Source: Lentisphaeria bacterium (GTDB lineage: Bacteria; Verrucomicrobiota; Lentisphaeria; JABSQK01; JAWLHB01). Taken from it: a stretch of DNA of 42,562 bases. Shown one piece after another: positions 28,283 to 36,941 of this stretch; positions within the stretch are counted from its first letter, which is position 1, and the number at the start of each line of letters is the position of its first letter. A program made the position numbers and the translations under genes. The stretch lies in assembly GCA_041690595.1 (NCBI GenBank), contig JAWLHB010000028.1, forward strand, positions 62,001 to 104,562, read 5' to 3'. A model generated the notes under the pieces. It was not told the DNA's origin. It did not search any database and was given only the letters and a program-made list of their open reading frames with translations.

Positions 28283-30867
28283 CTATCCTGCGTACCAGAC
28301 TTCTGTGCATCTACCTGCTGCTGGCGGGATTGCTGCTGCTTGTCGTCTATCCGATTGCCGCGTTGCCCATGGCGAGGTTCTCGCTGGAGTACGACGTGAG
28401 CCTGCCTGGAATGGCTATTGTGGGGCTGTTGTCGATCCCGGCGATAGCGGTAGTGCGCTGGCGCCCAACACGCTGGCTCGGGATCGTTGTCAGCGTTTTT
28501 CTGCTGACGCTGGTCATTGCCGTCGTCTCCACCAGCTTCAGCATGGAAGCAGTGGAACTGATGGCGCGGGTGCTGGTGCCGTTGGCCGTGGCAGGAGCCG
28601 TCTGTGAACTTCCCCTGGCGTGGCGGCGGTACATGATCTGGGTGCTCGGGATATACTGGTTGACCCAGGTCAGCAGCGGATTCCTGAGCCTGGCCCGCGG
28701 ATACGAGGTCATCGGCATCGCCGGCAACCGTAACTGGATGGCCGCTTTGCTGTTGATGACTGCACCATGGGCAATGGCCACCATTCTGGATCTGCTCTCC
28801 GGATTGCGGCGGCGGCGCCTGGCGGTCACATGTTCCGTGGTCCTGGTTCTTGTACCGACGCTGTGGCTGCTGGCGGCTGCATCGAGTCGGGCGGCCTGGC
28901 TGGCGCTGGGCGTCCTTCTATTCTGGTTCCTCTGGATGATATTTTCGTGGCGTCTGCGCATTCTGCTGGGAGTGCTGATGTCGCTCATCATGGTGTCGAT
29001 CCTGATTCTGCACACAGATACCGTTATTCGCACAATGAAGGATGACGTACGGCTGCCGATCATCGGGCGTACCGTCGCGATGATGTCTGATTACGATGTC
29101 TTGACCGCGGCAGCGGAAGCGGTGATGACGCGCTCGCTGACTCCCTTTCGGGAGATGCGCAACGTGAGTGGGGTGGGGCCTGGCAATTATCGGCGGGACT
29201 TCACGCCATACCGGGCGCAGTCCACCTATGGCCAGCGCCTCAATGCGGCGGCCACGACCATTCACCCCCACAACGAACTGCTCAATATTGGGGCGCAGAT
29301 CGGACTTCTGGGGGCTCTGGCCTGGCTGGCTTTGCTCTGGCCCGTTATTCAGAAACCGGTCTGGCCGTCGACGTTTCATGGCGTCGCCAAGGTATCCGCG
29401 TTGCTTGTTTTCACGCACGGCATGTTCGACATGACCCTGGTGCAGGCGCCAGTCAGTTACGCGGCGCTGATTGTGCTTGGGATCTGCTGGACGCCGCACA
29501 TGCGGCTGCCGGTTCATGGTGAAGGGAAGGACGGGGCATGGATATCGTCACGCGCGGCGGTGCTTGCGCTTGCGACAGTGATGGTTGGCCTGGTTGTGGT
29601 GGTATCGGTACAGGATGTTCGTTCCGACGTGCTGATGCGACGCACGGAGCTTTTGAAGCGGGTGGGGCGAAACGCCGAAGCGGCTGAATTGTACGGCCGT
29701 GCGCTGGAGATTTCGAACGACATCGGCGCGCTCTATCGCCTGGGCGCCATGCAGGTGGAGTACCTGGAGCAGCCGGAGGCGGCAATCGAGACGCTGCAAA
29801 AGGTCGTGGAGCAGGATCCGAATTATGCGCATGTGCATAGCCTGCTTGCTTTCGCGTATCTGCTGCGGGGCAAGCTGGGACCCGCGTTGGAGCATGCACT
29901 TCGCGAGTGTCAGTTGTACCAATACGATGCGGTAGCCTGGCAGAAGTACTTCAGCTATCTGGCTGCAGCCAATGAACGCACGGGTATGGTGAAGGTGGGG
30001 GAACGCATCGACGCATTGTACTTGGAGAAAGCTCTGCTGCGCAGGAGCAAGGATGACCTCCGGGAGATTCTGGAGCGTTGGCAAGTTGCGGTGGCGGACG
30101 GTGCCGAAGAGGCCGCCATAGCCGCCGCGGAGGAGGCTTGCCTCCATCTGCAGATCACCTTTCTGGATCCGCTATTCCAGTTTCTGGCGGGCGATACCGC
30201 CCTGCCGTCAAGCTTTCTGTACGATCGCTTCAACACGTCCGACTATGCGTACTGGCGGCAATTGCTCTTTGCCATGGAACTGCTGGGCGCATTGCCTGAG
30301 ACCGAGAGTCCCGGTGAGGAGCTGCAGCGGCTGGTTCAGGGCTTTTCGCGACAGCTGAAGATCGAGCCGGGGATCAAGGAGTTCCGGTATCTGGATCAGG
30401 CCTGGCGTGAAGAAGCGGTGAATCCCATGTCGGCGTATTGCGCGCTTTCCTTCGTCTTACGTTCCCGGGGATGGTGGATGGATATCGCCGTGGATGCGCA
30501 GGGTCAGCCGGTTTCGGGCATCGCTCGTGGCTTCGGGCAAGTTGTGGAGTGCAGGTTGACGGATGGCAGCGTGCGTCCTCTCGAGCCAGACCAGGTGAAG
30601 GAAATCGGCCAACGCCACCTCTCCTTCTTCTACTTTCAGGAGTTCTTTTTGAAGAACCGCATATTGGGGCTCCTGTGCCGGCATGCACTGGAAACCTTTC
30701 CGATAGGCTTCGATCACTATCCCACGCTGCGGCTCTGGAATCACCGGGCTGAACTCACACCCCAGTCCGTGCCCCCGTTCCTGTCATTGCCGAACTACTG
30801 CGTGCAGGATCAGTTCCACCACATAGCTGCCCGCCTTGGCCAAGTGCAGGAGCCGAGCCCAGAGTGA
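28279..30867 (+). CDS. O-antigen ligase family (Wzy_C) protein with TPR repeats, paralog 2
   Basis: GNRNWMA, SSRAAWLAL, DVRLP, GVGPGNY, HPHNELLN, HGMFD; TPRs; ATGA overlap with paralog 1. Confidence 0.85.
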   Translation: MTILRTRLLCIYLLLAGLLLLVVYPIAALPMARFSLEYDVSLPGMAIVGLLSIPAIAVVRWRPTRWLGIVVSVFLLTLVIAVVSTSFSMEAVELMARVLVPLAVAGAVCELPLAWRRYMIWVLGIYWLTQVSSGFLSLARGYEVIGIAGNRNWMAALLLMTAPWAMATILDLLSGLRRRRLAVTCSVVLVLVPTLWLLAAASSRAAWLALGVLLFWFLWMIFSWRLRILLGVLMSLIMVSILILHTDTVIRTMKDDVRLPIIGRTVAMMSDYDVLTAAAEAVMTRSLTPFREMRNVSGVGPGNYRRDFTPYRAQSTYGQRLNAAATTIHPHNELLNIGAQIGLLGALAWLALLWPVIQKPVWPSTFHGVAKVSALLVFTHGMFDMTLVQAPVSYAALIVLGICWTPHMRLPVHGEGKDGAWISSRAAVLALATVMVGLVVVVSVQDVRSDVLMRRTELLKRVGRNAEAAELYGRALEISNDIGALYRLGAMQVEYLEQPEAAIETLQKVVEQDPNYAHVHSLLAFAYLLRGKLGPALEHALRECQLYQYDAVAWQKYFSYLAAANERTGMVKVGERIDALYLEKALLRRSKDDLREILERWQVAVADGAEEAAIAAAEEACLHLQITFLDPLFQFLAGDTALPSSFLYDRFNTSDYAYWRQLLFAMELLGALPETESPGEELQRLVQGFSRQLKIEPGIKEFRYLDQAWREEAVNPMSAYCALSFVLRSRGWWMDIAVDAQGQPVSGIARGFGQVVECRLTDGSVRPLEPDQVKEIGQRHLSFFYFQEFFLKNRILGLLCRHALETFPIGFDHYPTLRLWNHRAELTPQSVPPFLSLPNYCVQDQFHHIAARLGQVQEPSPE

Positions 30868-31760
30868 GTACCATGCTCGAACGCATCCAGGAATTCATCG
30901 CCTACGCCAGGATCGAAAAGGGACTCGCGGATCTCTCGCTGGCAGCCTATCAGGGGGACCTTGTGCAAGTGGCGACCTTTCTGGAAAAGCGCGAGGTCGT
31001 CTCCCTGGAAGCCGTGACCCGGGATCATCTGCTGGACTTTCTGGAGAGCTGCCGCGACGAGCAGGAAAGCTCCACGGTTGCCCGCAAGCTGGTCAGCATC
31101 AAAGTCTTCTTCCGCTTTCTGGCGGCGGAGCGGTACCTGACGAAGAATGTGACGGATGTGATGGACAGCCCACGATTGTGGCAGTTGCTGCCGGAGTTCC
31201 TGACTGAGGCCGAGGTCACGCGGCTGTTGAAGGTCTTCAAGAAGGCGCGCAGCCCACTGGCTCGGCGCAACTGGGCAATCATCGAATTGCTGTATGCATC
31301 TGGACTGCGGGCAAGCGAGCTGACGTCCCTGACCATCGACAATCTGCGGTTCGACCTGAATGTTGTGCACGTGATCGGCAAGGGGGGAAAGGGACGGCTG
31401 GTGCCAATAGGCAAGCCGGCGCAGGAGCAGATCAACTACTACGTGCAGCACATCCGTTCGCAACTGCTGCGGCATGGGCCGGTGCCGGAGGTCTTCGTCT
31501 CGAAGAATGGCCATCCGCTGACCCGCGACTGGATCTGGCGCATCGTCAAGAATGCGGCTCGTGATGCCGGTATTCAGAAGAATATCTATCCGCACATGCT
31601 GCGGCATTCCTTCGCCAGCCATCTCCTTGCCCACGGCGCGGATCTGCGCGTCATTCAGGAGATGCTGGGTCATGCGGACATCAGCACGACGCAGATCTAT
31701 ACCCACGTCAGCCAGGAGCATCTGGTACGTGCGCATCGCGCGTTTCATCCCCGGGGATAG
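30864..31760 (+). CDS. xerD: Site-specific tyrosine recombinase XerD
   Basis: EKGLA..SL.AYQGDL, LPEFLTEAEV, ELLYASGLRASEL, GKGGKGRLVP, PHMLRHSFASHLL.HGADLRVIQEMLGHADISTTQIYTHV, FHPRG; start GTG 30864 or ATG 30873. Confidence 0.92.
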   Translation: MSTMLERIQEFIAYARIEKGLADLSLAAYQGDLVQVATFLEKREVVSLEAVTRDHLLDFLESCRDEQESSTVARKLVSIKVFFRFLAAERYLTKNVTDVMDSPRLWQLLPEFLTEAEVTRLLKVFKKARSPLARRNWAIIELLYASGLRASELTSLTIDNLRFDLNVVHVIGKGGKGRLVPIGKPAQEQINYYVQHIRSQLLRHGPVPEVFVSKNGHPLTRDWIWRIVKNAARDAGIQKNIYPHMLRHSFASHLLAHGADLRVIQEMLGHADISTTQIYTHVSQEHLVRAHRAFHPRG

Positions 31761-31859
31761 AGCCGTGCGCGTGTGTGATCGGCGTGCTTTTTTCGACGAA
31801 TAAGTGGCCATGAATAACGTCCGCACGCAAGGAAATGGGGCGTGAACGTTCAGTAGAGG

Positions 31860-31888
31860 TTGACACGCCTTTAGAGGCGCTATATTTT
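31860..31888 (+). promoter_or_regulatory. Sigma70-type promoter of the Fur-family gene
   Basis: TTGACA-N17-TATTTT; spacer contains inverted repeat CGCCT-ttag-AGGCG. Confidence 0.55.
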
Positions 31889-31945
31889 CACTTGGGTTCA
31901 AATATCCTTGTTCTGCAATCGTGAACCTGAAGGGGAGTTAGTGAA

Positions 31946-32362
31946 ATGGAACAGTCCAACCAAGTGGACTACGAACAGGTCGAGCAGCAGTTGGTGGAGG
32001 CGGGGATTAAGCCTACCGCGCAACGCATTGCGATCTGTCAGTATGTCCTGCAACAGAGTGACCACGCATGCGTAGAGGAAATCAAGCGTTGGGTAGACGC
32101 TCATTTTCCGAAAATCAGCCTGGCCACTGTCTACAACACGCTCAATCTGCTGGTCGACGCGGGGTTGCTGAAAGCAGTTCGTCTGCCGGAAAGCGACAAG
32201 GTGCGTTACGACAGCAACATCACGACCCACTGCCATTTCCTGGATGAAGAATCCGGTGAATTGGAGGATCTTGATCCTGGGGCGTTCAAGCTGAGCAGTA
32301 AGCTCGGCAAAGAGTACAAGATTCGCGATGTTCAGGTGCTGCTGCGCGGCGTACGCCGCTAG
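31946..32362 (+). CDS. Fur-family transcriptional regulator (Irr/PerR-like, no CxxC motifs)
   Basis: GIKPTAQRIAI, ISLATVYNTLNLLVDAGLL, RYDSN..THCHFLDEESGELEDL. Confidence 0.9.
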   Translation: MEQSNQVDYEQVEQQLVEAGIKPTAQRIAICQYVLQQSDHACVEEIKRWVDAHFPKISLATVYNTLNLLVDAGLLKAVRLPESDKVRYDSNITTHCHFLDEESGELEDLDPGAFKLSSKLGKEYKIRDVQVLLRGVRR

Positions 32363-32368
32363 CGGTTC

Positions 32369-33187
32369 TCAATCGCGGTCGTCCTCAGGCAAGAGAGACG
32401 TGAGTAAGCGCCGGGCGTTACCATGGAGGATGGAACGCCTGGCCCCATCGTCAATGGCGGCTCCGAGCAGAGCACCGACGTAATAGTGATGATTGAACCA
32501 GGGACAGTCGGTGCCGAAGACGATTCGTTCCGGCCCGAGCGCGTCGACGAGCGTGGCCACGATATCACAGTCATCGAGCACCGCGGTCAGTTCGAGGAAA
32601 ACGTTGGGACACTCGCGGGCGACATCGATGGCGGCCTGCCATTGACCGTGCCAGGAGTGGCCGGCGAGTATCTGTGCCTGTGGATAGGCATGAGCCATCC
32701 GCTTCACCTGTTCGGGGCCGGAGAAGGTGCTGCCGCCCCAGGTGTGGAGAAGCATCAGCAGCCGCTTTTCGTGAGCCAACTCCCACGCGGCGCGGTAACG
32801 CGCGTCGTCGATGGAGACCTGGTGATAATCGGCGAGAAACTTGAAGCCGACATAGACGTCGGAGAATTGGTCAAAGGAGTCGATGTCCTGCTGAACCAGC
32901 TCGGGATAATTGGGGTTGATGCCGCAATAGGCGCGGAAGCGGCCGGGGTGACGTCGCACGGCCTCGATGTTTGGGCGATTGCCGATGTCAGGGGCAAAGA
33001 GGCTGGAATGATGGCAGAAGACCAGCCAGCGGACGCCGGCCCGGTCCATCTGGGCCAGCATGGCCTCTTCGGTGCAGCAGGGCAAGTGGGCGCCGGGCAG
33101 CGGTCCCATGTGGCCGTGCAGATCGTAGATCGGGCAATCCGGAACGACTGGCTGGCGCCAGAAAGCTTCGCGCAGGCTGGTCGTCAT
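32369..33187 (-). CDS. Metal-dependent amidohydrolase (Amidohydro_2-type TIM barrel)
   Basis: YDLHGHMG, GFKF, LLHTW, ILAGHS, ERIVFGTDCPW, ILHGNARRLL. Confidence 0.88.
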   Translation of the reverse strand: MTTSLREAFWRQPVVPDCPIYDLHGHMGPLPGAHLPCCTEEAMLAQMDRAGVRWLVFCHHSSLFAPDIGNRPNIEAVRRHPGRFRAYCGINPNYPELVQQDIDSFDQFSDVYVGFKFLADYHQVSIDDARYRAAWELAHEKRLLMLLHTWGGSTFSGPEQVKRMAHAYPQAQILAGHSWHGQWQAAIDVARECPNVFLELTAVLDDCDIVATLVDALGPERIVFGTDCPWFNHHYYVGALLGAAIDDGARRSILHGNARRLLTSLLPEDDRD

Positions 33188-33945
33188 GAGAGGTTGGCCT
33201 CCGCCAGCAGGTGGTCCAGATTCTCTGAGGCGATGGCCGCCTTGTCCGTGGCGGGAAGGGCGGCATGGATGAGTTGAAGCATCGGCGCCTCGATATAGCG
33301 TTTGGGATAGCCGCTGCCGAAAAGAAGGCGTTGCGGACCAACGGCGGCAGCCACGGCCTCGACAGCGCCATCGGCAAGAGCCAGCATGCTGGTCTCGACA
33401 TAGACACGCGGCCAGCTTCGCAGAACGGGATAGAGGTAGCGGTTGCTGCTCCAGGATCCCAGATCGCAGAGGACGCAGGTAAGGTCCGGATAATCCGTCA
33501 TCAGGTCGTAAATGGCTTGCCAGCGAATGCCTCTCTCCAGAGAGAGAAAGAGTGGAATGCGGCGCGCGCTGACGTCGTCGAGGAAGGAGCCGAAGGTGGG
33601 TCGCCGCATGAGGTAACGGTGGTCGTCCGGGAAGGCGCGCAGCGCGCGAACATTCGCCCGCCGCATGTTGGCGAAGAAATCATCGCCGATGAGCGGATCG
33701 ATGTCCGGCGGCAGCAGGGTCCAGCATGCGCTCAGTTCCGGCGCCTGAGCGATCGCGGCATCCAGAAGTGGATTGGCATCGATGGGCGAGGCATCGATCT
33801 GGGCGGCATGGTAGACCAGCGCCTTGTCGACGCCGGCGCTGCGCATGGCTGGCAACAGGTCATCGGCGGTGGGCGCGAAGGGCCATGAAGGACGCAGCAT
33901 GGGGCGTCCCAGGATCACATTGGCGTCGTGAAAGGTCAGGTGCAT
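33184..33945 (-). CDS. Amidohydrolase-fold protein lacking canonical metal ligands
   Basis: HDANVILG in place of DxHxH, VYVETS, QRLLFGSGYP, AIASENL; ATGA overlap with downstream paralog. Confidence 0.8.
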   Translation of the reverse strand: MHLTFHDANVILGRPMLRPSWPFAPTADDLLPAMRSAGVDKALVYHAAQIDASPIDANPLLDAAIAQAPELSACWTLLPPDIDPLIGDDFFANMRRANVRALRAFPDDHRYLMRRPTFGSFLDDVSARRIPLFLSLERGIRWQAIYDLMTDYPDLTCVLCDLGSWSSNRYLYPVLRSWPRVYVETSMLALADGAVEAVAAAVGPQRLLFGSGYPKRYIEAPMLQLIHAALPATDKAAIASENLDHLLAEANLS

Positions 33946-34297
33946 GAGAAGCCTGCGTGGTACGAGAAATACGGACGGAACTGCAAGTCCCCTGACGTTG
34001 CCACGCTGCCGGCCTTATGTCAACTGGCGGCGCAAAATGTCGCCGGCAACAGAGTTGCGATGACAGACCCATCAGGCGCTGGGGTGCCATTTTGGTTGGT
34101 AGAATTGCATTACCGGCATTGAATTGCGGCCGCGGGTGTCAATTTGGTATGTCGGATGCGTATATTGGGGCGACGAGGTGCCGTAATGTGGCTCTTGAGA
34201 GGGAAATCCTGCGTTACCTGTTGCACAGCACTTGCAATGTGCGGGTCGAGTCGCATATTTCGGTTCATTCTAAATGTGGTTTGAATGAGGAGCAGGT

Positions 34298-34588
34298 ATG
34301 GCGGAGAGTGAAAGAATTGGCGTCAAGAACTGTGGCAGCTGTCATGAATGTCCGCTTGGGCAGGAATCACCTGACGCAAGCGGCACGGGGTGGCGGCTGG
34401 TGGCAAGCAGCGCGGGCGTCTTTCTCTGGCCATTGCTGGCGGCACTGGGCGGCTCCATGCTTGGGGGTGATCAGCAAAATGGACAACTGGTTGGCGGAAT
34501 CCTGGGCTTTGGTTTTGGGGCAGGTGTTGCCTGGGTGCTTTGCCGGCTAGTGTCTTCTCGAACGAAACGGGATACCGAATCACTATGA
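34298..34588 (+). CDS. Short RseC/MucC-like membrane protein heading the rnf operon
   Basis: GAGGAG RBS; CGSCHEC motif; two TM segments (VFLWPLL..; LVGGILGFGFG); ATGA overlap with rnfC. Confidence 0.65.
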   Translation: MAESERIGVKNCGSCHECPLGQESPDASGTGWRLVASSAGVFLWPLLAALGGSMLGGDQQNGQLVGGILGFGFGAGVAWVLCRLVSSRTKRDTESL

Positions 34589-35931
34589 CGACTTCAGCGC
34601 AAGGTGAGCGTTCATTTGCGCGGGGCATCCATCCCGGCGACTGCAAAGCGCTGGCCATGGAAGCTGCCATCGAGGTCCTGCCGACTCCATCGGCGGTGAC
34701 CATTCCCCTGCAGCAGCACCTGGGTGCGCCCTGCAAGAACATCGTTTCCGCGCGTCAGCAACTGGAAGTGGGGGATGTCGTGGGCGAAGCGGGCGGCTTC
34801 GTCTCGGCGCCGGTCCATGCCAGTGTGCGCGGCAAAGCAGCCAAGGAAGGCGTGGCGACGCTGCCCAACGCGCGGCACGTGGCCTCCGTTCCCATCAAGG
34901 CGGACGACGAGCAGCCGCTTTCGGGGCAGGCGCTCTATGATGATGTTTACGGTGGAAGCTGGCAGTTGGAGCCGCTCGAGACATACGAGCCGGCGGCGAT
35001 AGCGCAGGCAACGCTGAATGCAGGGCTGGTAGGGCTTGGCGGCGCGGCCTTTCCGACACATGTGAAGCTGCGCCGGCAGGAGAAGAAGCCGATTCAGCAC
35101 CTGCTCATCAATGGAGCGGAGTGCGAGCCGTACCTGACGGCGGACTACCGCGTGATGCTGGAGGCGCCGGCGGCGATTATCGCCGGGGCGCTGCTGGGCA
35201 AGGCGGCGACTGGCGCGGCAGAGGTGATCATCTGCATCGAGGACAACAAGCCGAAGGCGATCGCGAGCTTGCGCAAAGCGGCGGAAGGCACGGCGGTCCA
35301 AGTCCTTCCCTTGAAGACGAAGTACCCGCAGGGCGGTGAAAAGCAGCTGGTGTGGGCCGTCCTTCGCAAGGAAGTGCCAACTGGTGGGCTGCCGCTCGAC
35401 GTGGGTGTGGTGGTGATGAACGTAGGGACGTCGGCATCGCTGGCGCGGGCAGTGCTGCGCGGCAAACCGCTTACGCATCGGGTGGTGACGGTCTCCGGCA
35501 GCGGCGTCAAGCAACCGAAGAACCTCCTGGTGCCGGTCGGCGCTTATTATGAGGATCTGGTGAATTTCTGCGGAGGGCTGACGGACGATGCCGCGCGGAT
35601 CATCTCGGGCGGTCCGATGATGGGCTTCACCGTTGGCGATCTGAGAGTACCGGTGACGAAAGGGACGAGCGGCGTGACGGTGCTGACCCATGCGGATGTT
35701 CAGCGAGCGGAGGAAACGGCGTGTGTGCGCTGTGGCCGCTGCGTAGATGTCTGCCCGATGCGGCTGGTACCGACGAAACTGGCGATGGCGAGTCGCTGGG
35801 AGCAGCCGGATCTGGCGAAGCGGTATCATATCGCGGCGTGCATGGAGTGTGGCTGTTGTGCTTACGCCTGTCCGGCAAACATTCCGCTGGTGCAGCTCAT
35901 CCGCGTCGGCAAAATATTGGTAAGGAAGTAA
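34585..35931 (+). CDS. rnfC: Rnf/Rsx electron transport complex subunit C
   Basis: GIHP, IPLQQHLGAP, GLVGLGGAAFPTHVK, INGAECEPYLTADYRVM, KYPQGGEKQL, GGPMMG, CVRCGRCVDVCP, CMECGCCAYACP. Confidence 0.97.
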   Translation: MTTSAQGERSFARGIHPGDCKALAMEAAIEVLPTPSAVTIPLQQHLGAPCKNIVSARQQLEVGDVVGEAGGFVSAPVHASVRGKAAKEGVATLPNARHVASVPIKADDEQPLSGQALYDDVYGGSWQLEPLETYEPAAIAQATLNAGLVGLGGAAFPTHVKLRRQEKKPIQHLLINGAECEPYLTADYRVMLEAPAAIIAGALLGKAATGAAEVIICIEDNKPKAIASLRKAAEGTAVQVLPLKTKYPQGGEKQLVWAVLRKEVPTGGLPLDVGVVVMNVGTSASLARAVLRGKPLTHRVVTVSGSGVKQPKNLLVPVGAYYEDLVNFCGGLTDDAARIISGGPMMGFTVGDLRVPVTKGTSGVTVLTHADVQRAEETACVRCGRCVDVCPMRLVPTKLAMASRWEQPDLAKRYHIAACMECGCCAYACPANIPLVQLIRVGKILVRK

Positions 35932-35934
35932 TCG

Positions 35935-36927
35935 ATGGCGAAGGAACCGGAAAGCGACAGGACTCTGGCACAGGCGCACGTGGCGCCATCGCCGCATATC
36001 TCGAATACGAGCTTCACGACACGTCGCATGATGCTGGACGTGATCATCGGGCTGCTGCCGGCGATTGCGGTTGGCATCTATGTCTTCCACTGGGGAACGG
36101 TTATCCAGCTGGCGCTGGCGGTGGCTGCCTGCATCTCGGCGGAGTCGATCTTCACGGCGATGCGGGGAAGGCGGGCGAATCTGGGCGATCTCTCAGCCTT
36201 GGTGACGGGGCTGATCCTGGGCATGTCGCTGCCGGCGGCGGCGCCGTGGTACGTGGCCGTCATCGGCGGCTTTGCGGCGATCGGTCTGGGCAAGGTCGTC
36301 TTTGGTGGGCTTGGCTACAACATCTTCAACCCGGCGATGGTGGGACGGGCATTTGTCATGCTCAGCTTTGCGGGAGTGATGGGCGCGGCGCAGTATGAGA
36401 AGGCGATGCTTCACGTGGATGGCATTGCGTCGGCGACACCTTTGACCGCGGCGCGGGCTGGGGGAATCCTGCCCGAGCTTTGGCCGACCTTCATCGGGAC
36501 GGTGAATGGATCGGTGGGCGAGATCAGCGCTCTGGCGCTGCTGTTGGGCGGCCTTTATCTCTGCCTGCGGCGGGCGGCCAGCTGGGAGATTCCGGCGGGG
36601 ACGCTGGCGGGCACGCTGGTATGGGCGGCACTGGCGTACTGGCTCAACCTGACGTCGCTTCCGCCGGGATTGCATCTGTGCAGCGGCGCGTTGATGTTCG
36701 GGGCCTTCTTCATCGCCACGGATCCTGTCTCGAGCCCGCTGACGCCGCTTGGCAAGTTTATCTTCGGCGTGGGGGTGGGTACCTTCGTGATGCTGTTGCG
36801 CGTCTTCAGCGGATATCCGGAAGGGATGATGTTCGCGATCCTGCTGATGAACGCATTGGCGCCGATGATCAACCGGATGACTGTCCCCCGCCCCTTGGGT
36901 GGACCTGCCCCACAACCCGCAGGCTAG
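35935..36927 (+). CDS. rnfD: Rnf/Rsx complex subunit D
   Basis: SPHI, FGGLGYNIFNPAMVGRAF, SATPL (FMN-Thr), GSVGEIS, GAFFIATDPVSSP, GYPEG. Confidence 0.97.
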   Translation: MAKEPESDRTLAQAHVAPSPHISNTSFTTRRMMLDVIIGLLPAIAVGIYVFHWGTVIQLALAVAACISAESIFTAMRGRRANLGDLSALVTGLILGMSLPAAAPWYVAVIGGFAAIGLGKVVFGGLGYNIFNPAMVGRAFVMLSFAGVMGAAQYEKAMLHVDGIASATPLTAARAGGILPELWPTFIGTVNGSVGEISALALLLGGLYLCLRRAASWEIPAGTLAGTLVWAALAYWLNLTSLPPGLHLCSGALMFGAFFIATDPVSSPLTPLGKFIFGVGVGTFVMLLRVFSGYPEGMMFAILLMNALAPMINRMTVPRPLGGPAPQPAG

Positions 36928-36941
36928 CACGGAGAATGGTA

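Noticed and set aside
30864..31760. Prophage, integron or island integrase
   Set aside because: Sequence matches chromosomal XerD; no att sites, tRNA, cassettes or phage genes seen.
34221..34280. TTGCA-N7-TGCAA dyad and TTTCGGTTCATTCTAAA (half match to an Irr ICE box) upstream of rnf
   Set aside because: Matches to Rex or ICE consensus are too partial to call.
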